From assembly GCA_951406725.2 (NCBI GenBank), contig OX597814.1:372001-436000 (forward strand): 64,000 nt of DNA, written 5' to 3'. Of the stretch, positions 40,580 to 55,035 are shown piece after piece. Made by a program: the position numbers and the translations under genes. The stretch's first letter is position 1; each line of letters opens with the position of its first letter. Below the pieces are notes generated by a model. The model did not search any database and had not been told where the DNA came from. It was given only the letters and a program-made list of their open reading frames with translations. This DNA comes from Octopus vulgaris (lineage: Eukaryota).

Positions 40580-40615
40580 CTTTTACGTTTCGAGCCTACG
40601 CTCTTCTACAGAAAG
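40580..40615 (-). ncRNA. Minimal hammerhead-like motif with a CUGUAGA core
   Basis: cttt-CTGTAGA-a-gagc gtag gctc-GAAA-cg-TA-aaag. Confidence 0.6.
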
Positions 40616-40719
40616 GGACACAGAAAAAAACAAGGAGAGAAAAAAAGGAGAGAAAAAAATATGTGTAGTGGCTAACGATCTATCATGGCGACTATTTATG
40701 GCATTTGTTTTATTATATT

Positions 40720-40935
40720 TAGATTGGGTTGGTGCTTAATTATTTCGGCTTCTTTTCAACAAATTTTATTCAACAAAAACAATAACAATATTTAACAAAT
40801 GGCCTGGCCGTCTGCCAAGCAAATGGGAAGCAGTAATTGAAGTAGATGGTGAATATACTCCGGAATAATCATTTAAAGATGTTTTTGTTACATGTTGTTA
40901 TTGTTTTTGTTGAATAAAATTTGTATGGATAATAC
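40720..40935. mobile_element. Mariner-derived MITE remnant
   Basis: Inverted arms acaaattttattcaacaaaaacaataacaa surround a C-terminal transposase peptide, RLPSKWEAVIEVDGEY. Confidence 0.75.
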
Positions 40936-41000
40936 CGTACTAAATTCTTGTGCCTCAACTTAAGTACCATATTCATCTGAATCTAAATTTTTGCTGAACT

Positions 41001-41041
<41 letters not shown>

Positions 41042-41162
41042 ACACACAGAAAGAGAAAGCAAAACAAACACGTTTGTTCTTAGTTTGCTCTCCCTCATTC
41101 TTTGTCTCACTATACACACACCCTATATATACATATATATACGTTATATATACATGTGTGTG

Positions 41163-41196
<34 letters not shown>

Positions 41197-43134
41197 TGTA
41201 TGTATGTATGTATGTATGTATGTATGTATGTATGTATGCATGTATGTATGTGTGCGTGCGCGTTTGTGTGTGCGTGTGTGTATTTACTGGGTAAGACTTG
41301 AAACTGCATCCGCTCTACTCTGACCTGGAGTCGTAGCACTTTTCGGGCTCCCGACTGTGAGGCTTAATTAGCATTTCACAAAATTCCCCCACAAAAGGTC
41401 ACTCACAAACACCCCGATGAACCCAGAGCAGATGAGGCCCCTCGCCTCTTCAGCTGCTCATCAAAGATTCGTTAACTCTATGCAAATCTTGAATTCTGAT
41501 AACCACTGGGCTTGCAGCACACGTTGCACCAAAAAATACAAGTTTGAAGGATGAGAGAGCGGAGTTGGTTCGACACAAACCATACGCATCATAATAATAT
41601 ACCCCTGTTGCTTTGTGGGGTAATTTATTGGGGGTTTGAAAAGGCTAAGGGAGTAAAGCCCTAAAGGGAATCCAGCAGAATAAGGCAGATATGTACAGTT
41701 ATATTAAACCAACATCTGGTTTCCCTGCGACTCCATGAATGCTGCGAAAGCACTGACTCATCTTTCATTCCAGGTTTCCATGGGTGGAGAGGTGTTAAGT
41801 GTACTTGGCGAGGCTCTTGCTTTTGGAAATAACCCAGGAACAGCAGGGTTAAGTGACTGCCTCTACAGTATCATCGACCAACGACGGATAAGGACAAACG
41901 CATACGTACACTCACATACGTACATACATAGACACATACATATATACACATACATACATACACATACATACATACATATATACATACATACATACATGCA
42001 TACAGTCATATACACACACATACGTACTTACATACATACATACACACACACATACATACATACATACACACATACATACATACACACACATACATACATA
42101 CATACATACATACATACATACATACATACATACATACATACATACATACATACATACGTACATACATACATTCATTCATACATACATACATACATACATA
42201 CATACATACATACGTACATACATACATTCATTCATACATACATACATACATACATACATACATACATACATACGTACATACATACATTCATTCATACATA
42301 CATACGTACATACATACATACATACATACACACATACACACATACATACATACATACATACATACATACATACATACATACATACATACATACATACATG
42401 TATCTTTTGCCATATGTGTGTATGTATGTATTCTTTTCTTTTTCTTGTTTCAGTCATTTGACTGTGGCCATGCTGGAGCACAGCCTTTAGTCGAGCGAAT
42501 CGACCCCGGGACTTATTCTTTGTAAGCCCAGTACTTATTCTATCGGTTTTTTTGCCGAACCGCTAAGTTACGGGCACGTAAACACACCAGCATCGGTTGT
42601 TGGCGGGGGGGGGACAAATACAGATACACAAAACAGACACACACACATACATATATACGACATATATACATATATATATATATACGATTGGCTTCTTTCA
42701 CTTTCCGTCTATCAAATCCACTCACAAGGCTTTGGTGGGCCCGAGGCTATAGTAGAAGACACTTGCCCAAGGTGCCATGCAGTGGGACTGAACCTGGAAC
42801 CATGTGGTTGGGAAGCAAGCTTCTTACCACACAGCCACTCCTGCGCCTATGTCTAATATTTTTAGATTCTGCTTTGGCAATGAATGTTTTGTTTTGCCTT
42901 GTTTGGTTCGTGTTGCTTGCTGTTGGTAATTTCCTTTTAAAAAATACCTGAGACCAATGTGCGTGCAGGTGTGTTGAGGGTGGGGCAAAGCAATCGAAGT
43001 AACGCGGCCTAGAAACAAAAACAGGAAGAAAAAAACCCCTCATCGATACTTATTAGCTTATAACCGTTGTTTGTCGGCGATCCTGGGTAACGAGAAAACC
43101 TGGCGGATGTTCCATATATATGTGTGTGTGTGTG

Positions 43135-43341
<207 letters not shown>

Positions 43342-43471
43342 TGTGTGTATGTATGTATATTGCATGCATGTATATATATATATATAATGTATAAATATAT
43401 ATATGTGCTTGTATATATATATGTGTGTGTGTATATTATATATACATATATACGCATCCTTGTGTGTATAG

Positions 43472-43522
<51 letters not shown>

Positions 43523-43546
43523 CATATATATGTATACATGTACATA

Positions 43547-43590
<44 letters not shown>

Positions 43591-43624
43591 TATATGTATA
43601 TACATATAGACATATAGGTATCTT

Positions 43625-43662
<38 letters not shown>

Positions 43663-44214
43663 ACATGTGTATATACATACACACTCACACACATATATAT
43701 TCATAATTAATTAACTGCCATGAAATGAAGCCAATAATGGAACCATCATGAAATGTAGCCAAGAAACAAGAGTCTTCATGGTCGATCGATCGATTAGAAA
43801 TAGCAACCAAATCTCCCTCGAATCACCACTACCATCTCGGTGTTTTCAAATATGCAAAGATGATAATTGTTTCGTCTCTTGGAACGCGGCCGCGAATTTT
43901 AATGGAAGAGAACGGGTCGATCAGTCTCCCACCCCAGTAACTCGACTGGAACTTTATTCTATCGACTCCAAAAGGATGAAAGAGGATAGCGAACTCCAGG
44001 AAAATAAAATATATCCAGGAAAATGAAATAAGACTTGGATATCCGAATTAGCGAAACAAATTTGGAAATATCTTTCCTACTTAAAGGTGGATGTTCGATT
44101 AGAACAATGATTCCCGGATTTTTCACTACCAAGGACCTCTTTTATTTAAATGAGTTTTCCCATGGACCCCAGGATATTGAAAGTTCCTTATATATATATA
44201 ATAAGTAAATGTTC

Positions 44215-44458
44215 GTTCTCGAGCCATGCCAGGCTCATAAGGGCCGGTTTCCCGGTTTCAGTGACGTAGAAATTCTCCCACCTGGACGGGACGTCTATCC
44301 GTCGCAGGATTACTCATCTTTGCCAGCTGAGTGAACTGGAGTAACGTGAAATGAAGTGTTTTGCTCAAGAACACAACGCATCGCCCGGTCCAGGAATCGA
44401 AACCACAACCTTACAATCATGAGTTCAACACCCAAACCACTAAGCCACGCGCCTTCAC
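44215..44458 (-). mobile_element. tRNA-derived SINE family D
   Basis: Head gaaggcgcgtggcttagtgg..gtttcgattcc, then cttgagcaaaacact..ctccagttcactcagctg. Relatives lie at 54355-54660 and 32325-32403. Confidence 0.75.
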
Positions 44459-44465
44459 TTGTATG

Positions 44466-44522
<57 letters not shown>

Positions 44523-44593
44523 GTATGTATACACACACACACGCGCACACACACACACACACACTCACACACACACACACATATATATATGTG

Positions 44594-44642
<49 letters not shown>

Positions 44643-45042
44643 ATAATATATATGTGTATATATATATGTGTGTATAATAACGAGGGTTCCAGTTGATCCG
44701 ATCAACGGAACAGCCTACCCGCGAAATGAACGTGCAAGTGGCTGAGCACTCCACAGACACGTGTACCCATAGCGTAGTTCTCGGAGAGAGCCAGCGTGAC
44801 ACAGAATGTGACAAGGCTGAACCCTTTGAAATATAGGTACAACAGAAACAGGAAGAAAGAGTGTTCTCAGGGTTCGCTACCACACCCTGGCGGGGCCACG
44901 TAGAGCTTTAGGTGCTTTCACTCAATAAGCACTCAAAACGCCCGGTCTCAGCATCGAAACCGCGAGTTCGCTGCCCTAACCACTGGGCCACGGCGCCTCC
45001 ACACACACACACACACGTGTGTGTGTGTGTGTGTGTATGGAG

Positions 45043-46127
45043 GTCAAGGTAGAATATTCTAAAATAATTTTATAAAAAAATTTCAGTACCGGTTTCAGTC
45101 ATTGAGACTTTTTCAACTCTAAGTATGGAAAACAATTAAACTTTGGAAAAATTCAAAGAAAAGTTTTTTAAAAGAATATTTGCCTAGTATTCAAATGGAA
45201 GGGGTATTTACCTTGTTTCTGCTTGTCTCTATCTCTCTTGTTTACTCTTGTGGATCCAAGGTCGTTGTGAATTCTTGGCAGGCAAGAAGAAGAAGAAGAA
45301 GAAGAAGAAGAAGAAGAAGAAGAAGAAGAAGAAGAAGAAGAAGAAGAAGAAGAAGAAGAAGGCATATCCACCACGACCTTAGAATAACACACGCACAAAT
45401 ATTAAAAATAATACATTCAAAAGACATACTCGAGAATTCAATAAATTCAACAGTCCTAAATACTACTATAATCCACAACGGATCACTTTTAAGTCACTTG
45501 ACCATTTAACATCCTTCTACTATCATACCACTCCCGTATTCTTTTATTATTCTTTCTCTTCTTCTCCTCCTTCTTTTTCTTCGTCTTCTTCCCCTCCGCC
45601 ACCTCCTGCCTAACTTTACCACTATTGCTGTTTAGAATAACACCTACGCAAATATTATAAACAATACATTCAAAAGAGATGTCTCAAGAATTCAATCACT
45701 ACTACCATCCACAACAAGTCACTTTCAGGGCACTTGACCATTTAACATCCTACTACAATCACGGCACTCCTATATTCTTCTCCTTCTCTTCCTCTTTCTC
45801 CTCATCCTCTTTCTTCTTCTTCTCCATCTTCTTCTTCTTCTTCTTCTTCTTCTTCTTCTTCTTCTTCTTCTTCTTCTTCTTCTTCCCTGCCAAGAATTCA
45901 CAACGACCTCGAAGCCACAAGAGTAAACAAGAGAGACAGAGACAGACAGAAACAAGGAAAATGTCCCTTGTATTTGAACACTATGCAAAAATTCTTTCAA
46001 AAAACTTTTCATTTAATTTTTCCAAAATTTAATTGTTTTCCATACTTACAGTTGAAAAAGTCTCAATGACTGAAACCGGTACTGAAATGTTTTTTATAAA
46101 ATTATTTTAGCATATTCTACCTTGACT
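45043..46127. mobile_element. Inverted pair of PLE-like fragments (45043-45360 / 45825-46127) around a spacer with an internal direct duplication
   Basis: The arms are clearly reverse-complementary and include (GAA)n. 45379-45520 resembles 45632-45755. Confidence 0.8.
46049..46084 (+). ncRNA. Minimal hammerhead with a U3-A8 core (mirror copy ~45084-45119, minus)
   Basis: cag-TTGAAAA-agtc tcaat gact-GAAA-ccgg-TA-ctg. Confidence 0.7.
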
Positions 46128-46315
46128 TATTTTCCTTATACATACATACATACACACATACACGCAAATATATATATATATACTTTATTTCAAAGCAGCA
46201 GAAATTCAACAAAACCTGTTACTCTGAGTTTCACGTTCCCAAAGCACATTACTCTACCCCTGGTATTTTAGTACTCTTTTTTCCACCTTGTTTCACATTT
46301 ATGTGTTTACTCCGG

Positions 46316-46361
<46 letters not shown>

Positions 46362-46372
46362 GGAGTAAACAC

Positions 46373-46448
<76 letters not shown>

Positions 46449-46641
46449 AAATGTTTTTGATTTTCACTCTCGATAAATTCATCCCCTTTTTGTGTTCCCA
46501 GCACTTGGCATCTTTATTTAGGAGCCTTTAATTGTATAACCACATGATTAATATTTTTCTATATGAATAATATTTTCGTCTTATGACTAATTCGTCTTTT
46601 GTGCTGGGCACCTGGTAGTAAATAATATTACTACCCTTCTT

Positions 46642-46687
<46 letters not shown>

Positions 46688-47477
46688 AAAACAGTCCTAC
46701 CTAGATAAACTTAAAAAACGTACTAGAATGATAATTGAGAATGGATTAGTATGAGATGGATGGGATGGAATCGGGATGGTATCAGGTGGAATGCTCTTTA
46801 TCAAAGAGGGCCTGTTTGATCGGAGCGACTGACTTGAAGCTTTAAACAACAGCAGCAGCAACAACAACAGCGGCGATAACACTGAAAGTCTCAGACAAAT
46901 ATACACGTTCTGAAAAAACTAGTTCCATTTAGAATCGAGATAAAACAGTGCCAGCAGCGGGTACCATCCACAGCAGCAGGAGACCATATTATCAGAATTA
47001 CTGGCCAAACGCCAAATATCATAAAGGGCGCGGGCGCGGGCGTATGTGTATGTAACGGCAACACCACCACCAACAACAACAATAATAATAATAATAATAA
47101 TAATAATAATCCTTTCTACTATAGACCACAAGGTCTGAAATTTTGGGGGAGGATACGAGTCGATTACATCGACCCCAGTGCGTAACTGGTACTTAATTTA
47201 TCGACCCCGAAAGGAACAAAGGCAAAGTCGACCCCGGCGGAATTTGGACTCAGAACGTAGAGACAGACGAAATGAGTTGCTCAAATCTCCGACCAGCAAA
47301 AATTATATAGGCGCAGGCGTGCCCGTGTGGTAAGAAGCTTGCTTCCCAACCACATGGTTCCGGGTTCAGTCCTACTGCGTGGCACCTTGGGCAAGTGTCT
47401 TCTACTATAACCTCGGGCCGACCAAATCCTTGTTAATGGATTTGGTAAACAGAGACTGAGAGAAACCCGTCGTATTA

Positions 47478-47508
<31 letters not shown>

Positions 47509-48019
47509 TTATGTATGTGTCTTTATGTCAGTGTTTGTCCTCCCACCATCGCTTGACAACCGATGTTGGTGTGTTTACGTTCCTGTAACTTAGCGGTTCG
47601 GCAAAAGAGAACGATAGAATAAGTACCAGGCTTGCAACGAATAAGTTCTAATGTTGATTTCTTCGATTAAAAGGCGGTGCTCTAGCATGGCCGCAGTCAA
47701 ACGACTGAAACAAATAAAAGATTAAAAGAAAAAAAATCAAAGAATGTGAAACTTCTTGACAGAAAGTTGCAAACTGAGGTCGTCGAAAATTACATAAATT
47801 AGTGGCCTGAAAGTAATATTGGCCGAAGGGAGAGTACGTACAGACCAGTCTGTCCAGATTAAAGAGAGGATCTACCAAATACTCAGTCAGTTTTGGATAG
47901 TTTTTCATGAAGAAAACGCATGTATTTCGGTGATTTATTATTGTCTAAGCGTTGATATATTGAATCAAGAAGACAATCGAAATTTCTTTATTTCATCTAT
48001 ATTTTAATTTATAACTAGT

Positions 48020-48712
48020 TTATACATTTGAGGAGTGCAGTTCGATTTTTACAGCCATTTTCTCAAAGCTATAATGGAAGGGACAAAGGAGCATATTCGG
48101 CATATTTTGCTTTATGAGTTCAATAAAGGCAACAACGCAACGAAACGTGAGAGGAATATTACTGTAGTATATGGGGATCGGATGATAAGCGTAAGCCAGT
48201 CTCAACTGTGGTTCCAGAAATTCCAAGCCGGAAACTACAGCCTAGAAGATGAGCCTCATCCTGGGAGATCTGTAGAGCTCGACGAGGACGTCCTGGAAAA
48301 CCTGGTGGAACAAAATCCCATCGTAACTGTTGAGGAACTAGCAGAGAAACTTGGATTTGGTCATTCAACCAGTCATTCAAGTCAGCGATAAAAGAAAAAC
48401 GACCATCTTTGGTTACAAGACGAAAGGCGTTCTTCCATCAGGATAATGCCCAGCCACACACAGTGAGGATGACATTCCAATGGCTGGAGTAGTTTGAATG
48501 AGAAACGACATTGCTCCATCTGTTTATCATTTATTCTGCAGTCTTCGAAATTATTTGGATGGGAAAATATGAATTCTGTAGAGGAGGTCAGAACAGTACT
48601 GGGGGAGTATTTTTCGTCACGGACAAGCGAATTTTAGAAGAGGGACCTTGCAAATCTACCAGATAGATGGAAGAGCATTATAGGAAATGAAAATGTGTAT
48701 ATTTTAGATTAA
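48020..48712 (+). mobile_element. Internally deleted mariner element
   Basis: KEHIRHILLYEFNKG..SLEDEPHPGRS, later FHQDNAQPH and LPDRWKSII. Same family as 22665-23020. Confidence 0.9.
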
Positions 48713-49434
48713 ACAATACATTCGGGTGGTTAACGGGTACGTTTTGCTGAAGTTAATTCGGAATGTAATTAAAATATCTGGTGGATCCAACTTCAACAAT
48801 CTTTTCTACTCTAGGCACAAGGTCCGAAATTTGGGGGAGGGGAAGGGGCCAGTCGATTAGATCGACCTCAGTACGCAACTGGTACTTAATTTACCAACCC
48901 TGAAGGATGAAAGGCAAAGTCGACCACGGCGGAATTTGAACTCACAACGTAAAGACAGACAAAATACCTATTTCTTTACTACCCACAAGGGGCTAAACAC
49001 AGAGAGGACAAACAAGGACAGACAAACAGATTAAGTCGATTACATCGACCCCAGTGCGTAACTGGTACTTAATTTATTGACCCCGAAAGGATGAAGGCAA
49101 AGTCGACCTCGGCAGAATTTGAACTCAGAACGTAACGGCAGACGAACTACCGCTGAGCATTTCGCCCGGCACGCTAACGTTTCTGCCAGTTCGCCACCTT
49201 CAATAATGGCAATGTCGCACTGGTACTCTACCTTTCTCTCTTTTTTTTTTATCTTTTATCTTTTATCAGTCATTAGACTGCGGCCATGCTGGAGCACCGT
49301 CTTGAAGAATTTTTAGTCGAATAAATCAACCCCAGTATTTATTTTCTCTTTTGCCGAACCGTTAAGTTACGGGGACGTAAACACACCTACACCGGTGGTC
49401 AAGCGGTGGTGGGAGACAAACACAAGCACAAAGT

Positions 49435-49477
<43 letters not shown>

Positions 49478-49624
49478 ACACACACACGACGGGCTTCTTT
49501 CTACCGAAATATTAAAATTATTTACGTCTCACATCTAGTTATGGCTTATATATTCGTATCATTATGATTATTATTATTACTATTGTTGTTGTTGTTGTTA
49601 TCATCATTCTTTTGTAACAGAGTG

Positions 49625-50378
49625 TAGGTAAAAATGCACCGGAGTCTTTAGTCATCTGTCAAGTCACAACAACGTCCTCAGACAGATAATACTTTCCTTA
49701 AGATGTGCGCTGTGCCCAATAAGGCTGCTTCTTGCAAGACATCAATCTTGCTTTTTGCAAGACATCAATCTTTCCAGTTGCCTTAAGAAACCTTGAAGTT
49801 TCAATGGGATTGAGCCCAAACGCTCCGATCACCACTGGTATCACTCTTACATTCCCCTCTCGCATTCCACACAGACTTACCATTTCCACTTCAAATTCAG
49901 AGTACTTGGTTAATTTTTTCAACCTCTTTACTCACAACATTGATGTCATTTGGTATGGCTACATCAGTGGTCTGACCGTATTGGTCTCTCTTATTCAATA
50001 TGACAATATCCGGCCGACGGTGTTCGATTACACGATCCATCTGAAAAATCATAGTCCCAGAGCATCGTTACTTTTTCATCCTCCTGCACAACTTTTCTTG
50101 GTACATACTCATACCAGTTCTCTCTTACTTCATATTGGTATTTACGGTATAAAAACCAATGAAGATGCACACACACTTTATCGTGGCGGCGCTTGTATTC
50201 TTTTTGTGCAAGGCTCTCACAGCCACTTCACCAAGTCTGTCACATTTTCCACACTCTTTCCACAGAGTCTGCATTTCTGGGTGTCAGAAGTTTTATAGAT
50301 GTTATACTTCACTGAATTGGTAGCGAGAGCCTGGTCTTGTGCAGCAGTGATCAGGCTTTCGGTGGTACGCTTCAAATC
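49625..50378 (-). mobile_element. Degenerate R4/Dong-type RLE LINE, 3' fragment
   Basis: LITAAQDQALATN..CRLCG..HL..RRHDKV..LHW..LWD..RRPDIV..IPVVIGAFG..LQK. It ends near an (AAT)n tract. Confidence 0.85.
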
Positions 50379-50391
50379 ACATTATCATTAT

Positions 50392-50470
<79 letters not shown>

Positions 50471-50610
50471 TCAAACGCGTTGCTATGCAGCCAGTTAAAA
50501 ATATTTCTAAATCATGAACATAGCTTCATAGATTGAACAAATAATGTTCAGATTGACTTTCTTGGTGAATATAAGTAACAGAATAGAACTTAAGAAGATT
50601 GTACATTAAA

Positions 50611-50664
<54 letters not shown>

Positions 50665-51015
50665 AGTTGGGTATTTTTTAAGTCAGTGTTGCTTTGTTGA
50701 AAGACATACAAAAACACAATCACACATACATACATACACATAAAGCAAAAATAATAATAACTACATGTATCGTATATTTTATTTGTTTCACTCATTTGGC
50801 TGTGGCCATGCTGGAGCACCGCCTTTTAGTCTAACAATTCGAACCCAGGGTATATTCTTTGTAAGTCTAGTATTTATTCTATCGGTCTCTTTTACCGAAC
50901 CGCCAGAATACGGGGACGCAAACATACCAACATCAGTTGTCAAGCGATGGTGGGGGGGGGGACAAACACAGACACACAAACATACACACGCACGCACACA
51001 CACACACACGCGCGC

Positions 51016-51078
<63 letters not shown>

Positions 51079-52642
51079 ACGGGTTTCTTTCAGTCTCCGT
51101 CTGCCAAATCCACTCACAAGGCTTTGGTCGGCCCAAGGCTATGGTAGAAGACACTTGCCCAAAGTGCCACGCAGTGGAACTGAACCCAGAACCATGTGGT
51201 TGATAAATAAGCTACTTACCACACAGCCTATATACATATGAAGGTTTTTTTAAGTTTCTGTTCCGTTCTATTGATTGGCACTTAAAAACTCGCGGTTTTG
51301 ATCAAAACTTGTTACTATGGCTGACAACAATATCTACCTTCTTATCCATCTGTCTGTCTATCTTTCTATCTATCTATCTATCTATCATTTAGTAGAAATG
51401 ACCCGGAAGTTGTTCCTCTTCGATTATTATCGCAAACAGCAGTAGCTTTCTTCAACTGAATACACGTCGTTGATTGGTTGAAATTACCCAAATACGACAA
51501 CTTTAACACGAAATAACTTCTAAAATACGAAATTTTGTTAAAAATGTTGAAAGTGAACCGTATTCAGCATGGGAAATTATACCAGCATACGAAGTTTCAA
51601 ACTGTTTAGCTAAAAAAATAGTTTAAAAATTTGTGAGCGAAATTAAACAGATCCACAATGGACTACTCTTAGATATTTTTATCCCTAAACGGCGGAGATC
51701 GCCAATTGATGTTTCCTCGGCGAGCAGCGGACATCATCGATTGATGCTTCAGAAAATTTACATCGATACGACTTTCATCGAAAGAAAGCGAATATTTTAT
51801 GGCACGGTTTTGTTTTGTTTTGTTTTTCTTTTTTACTTTGGGGGATTTTTTTCGTGTCAGGCAGCGACCTGGCAGAATCGTTAGCACACCGGACAAAATA
51901 CTTGGCGGCATGTGGTCCGTCATTACATTCTGAGTTCAAATTCTGCCGAGATCAACTTTGCCTTTCATCCTTTTGGTGGGGGGGGGGGTCGATAAAATAA
52001 ACATCAACTGAGTATTGGGGGTCGATGCAATCGATTTATCCTCCCCACCCCCACACCGAACTTGTTGGCCTTGAGCCAACATTTGAAAGCAATATTTTAC
52101 GGACAGGTTTTGATGAGATTGTAAATTTTGTTGTGCGAGAGACTAACAATTATAGTTTGAGATACAAATGGGGGGAATAATTTATTTTCAAACGCCTAAT
52201 CGCTGATAGAACCACCCACTGACAAATTAGTTTGTCAATGGGCCGTTTAATTGACAGGTTGCATGCATATGAATAAATATATTTTGAAGAATTGGAAAAT
52301 TCCGCCTATCCCTGACTGACATGATATCTTCCCAGTCCTTAAGGTCTAATGAGGATGGGTCTTTTACTTTTTATTTTTTCCATTTTAAATTGTGTTTCGT
52401 TTTCCGTTTTTCGTTTTCCGTTGTTTACCTCCTGCATTTTCCATATGCTGCCGTCTCAGTTCTTTCGCGTTTCTTCTATTATTCGATTTCTTAAGTTCGT
52501 TATGATAAATGGCTTGTGCCTGATGAATATTTTTGAGTGTTCTCAACATATGAAACTATTAGCAGCGCTTTAATACATGTATTGTGACCTTTAAATGAAT
52601 AATATTTTTCTCTCACAAGATGGAGTACTTTTTTTGTTGAAT

Positions 52643-52700
<58 letters not shown>

Positions 52701-52704
<4 letters not shown>

Positions 52705-53059
52705 GTAGGAAGAAACTTCTTTATTATTTTCTACATATGTTTCGAAGGCTGCAAAGTCCCTAATTCGGATTGAATAAGGAGTCCATTTTGCAAATGGACT
52801 CCTTATTCAATCCGAATTAGGGACTTTGCAGCCTTCGAAACATATGTAGAAAATAATAAAAGGAATTTTGTTAAATCTTCGTTCAGCTCCATTTCTTCCT
52901 ACACTTAATATATAAAACTTCAAATTTCCGCACTAAGGCACGGATTTTATGCCCCATGGTCGTAACTTCAACCGTGCTTTTTCTGTTGTGATTTTTGCTA
53001 CCCAGGTATCGGTTATCATTTGAATTATCCGTAATAAGATAATTCATTTATCTACTTCA

Positions 53060-53065
<6 letters not shown>
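52701..53065. mobile_element. PLE-like fragment with a ~70-bp-arm palindrome (52720-52860), sitting in (TA)n
   Basis: Near-perfect fold-back centred at ~52790. It retains only the hammerhead 3' half, GAAA-catatg-TA. Confidence 0.75.
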
Positions 53066-53136
<71 letters not shown>

Positions 53137-54198
53137 TGCATTTTCACTCACGATGTGTTTTCCAACCCGTGAAATACACGCTACAGTACGATCACAACTA
53201 GGCTATTGTTTATTAGGTTAAATAGCCGTAAATCAGGTTTGTTGAGAAGAACAGAAGCTAAGCCCGGAACGTTGGCAACCCGATTTCAATTTAACTAAGG
53301 CTGATTGACCTTGGCGACGACAGAACGAAGAATACGTCTGTTGTTTCACTGGGATTTTCCAGTCTTTGACTTGTTAGCTACGGTCCTGGAAGCTTAAGTG
53401 ACTGGGAATTGATGGTATTAGATGGTAATAGTTGTTGCTGTTCTTGTTATTGGTGGTGGTTGGCGGTGGTTTCGATGGTGACCTGGTGGTGTCGGTGGTG
53501 GTTGTCAATTGGAGTAATTAAATAATTACTCCATGTTACTCGTTTCCTAGTTTTGAATAAAAACCGGAAACGAGAGAAACTGAGAAAGGACTACAAATAT
53601 TCCACTCATCTTCAGTATTGAGTACTCTTAGCAGAAGATGACTAGTACCTTGGGATAGTACTTTGGAAAGCCGCACACTGTGGTTGGTGTGTGTATGTGT
53701 ATGTGTGTGCGTGTGTTATGTGTGTGTGCGTATGTTGTATGTATGTGTGTGCGTGTGTCTGTGCGTGCGTGCATGAGTGCGTGTGTATGTGTGTGTGCGC
53801 GTGTGTTATGTGTGTGTGTATCTGTGTGTGCGAATGTGTGTGCGTGCGTATGTGCGTGTGTGCTTGTGTTGTAAGTGTGTGTGTGCGTATCTGTGTGTGC
53901 GTGTGTTTTGTGTGTGTGTGCGTGCATGTATGCGCGCGTGTGTGTGTGTGTGTGCGTGTCTCATGTATGTGTATCTGTGTATGTGCGCAAGTTGTACTTG
54001 TGTGTGTGTGTGTACGCTTGTATTTACAGACAAGCGGGGAAGAACTTAGTACAGTTGAACTGAATTTCCTCTTTGTCGCTACTCAATGCGTCGCATATAG
54101 AAAGACAGGCAGACAGTCAGTCAATCAGACATGCTTGACCGCTAAATCCACAAGTGGTTCTTTTGTATTCTCTCTCTGTTTATTTTCTCTTTTTTCTC

Positions 54199-54232
54199 TT
54201 TCTGATGAAGAGCGTAGGCTCGAAACGTAAAA
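54199..54232 (+). ncRNA. Minimal type-I hammerhead with an extra A after the core
   Basis: ttt-CTGATGA-a-gagc gtag gctc-GAAA-cg-TA-aaa. Stem III is reduced to the palindrome ACGT. Confidence 0.75.
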
Positions 54233-54670
54233 TACTTTTTCGTTTTCCCGAACCTCAAACTATACACTTGCTTGTTGTTCATACACCTGTCTTCGTCTTT
54301 TGTTTTTCTATAAATTTCAAGAGAGACAGACAGACAGATATAGATATGTGCATCTATGCTGAGACCCCCTTCGGCGTGACTGACCATGGAATTGCACCTA
54401 GAAAGTTACCCTCCCAGGCACCAAGTCCGGGCAAATTGTTTATGGGAGACCAGCAGTCGCCCATGCATACCAGCTTCCCTTCTCCATGCCACCGATGTTA
54501 TCCAAGGGACCGCTACAGCTTGGCGCCTGCTCTACAGCTGAGTGAACTGGAGCAACGTAAAATAAAGTGTCTTGCTCAAGAACACAACACGCAGCCGGTC
54601 TGGGATTCGAACCTCACGATCGTAAGCTCGACGCTCTAACCACTGAGCCATGCGCCTTCACAGATATGTG

Positions 54671-54770
<100 letters not shown>

Positions 54771-54813
54771 GTATGTATGTAAGTATGGATGTATGTGTAT
54801 GTATATATATATG

Positions 54814-54848
<35 letters not shown>

Positions 54849-54966
54849 TGTTTTACTATTTGTTTCTTTCGTTGTTCGCAAAAAAATTCGTTTTCTTGTA
54901 ATTCATGTTCCCGTTTTTCATGTTGTTTACGTTTTTTGACGTCCTGTCCCCATATATGCATGTATA

Positions 54967-55034
<68 letters not shown>

Positions 55035-55035
<1 letters not shown>

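Noticed and set aside
46891-47022. Minus-strand peptide MIFGVWPVILIIWSPAAVDGTRCWHC resembling a signal peptide plus an LU/three-finger start
   Set aside because: The frame stops early, there is no good donor and the remaining cysteines are absent.
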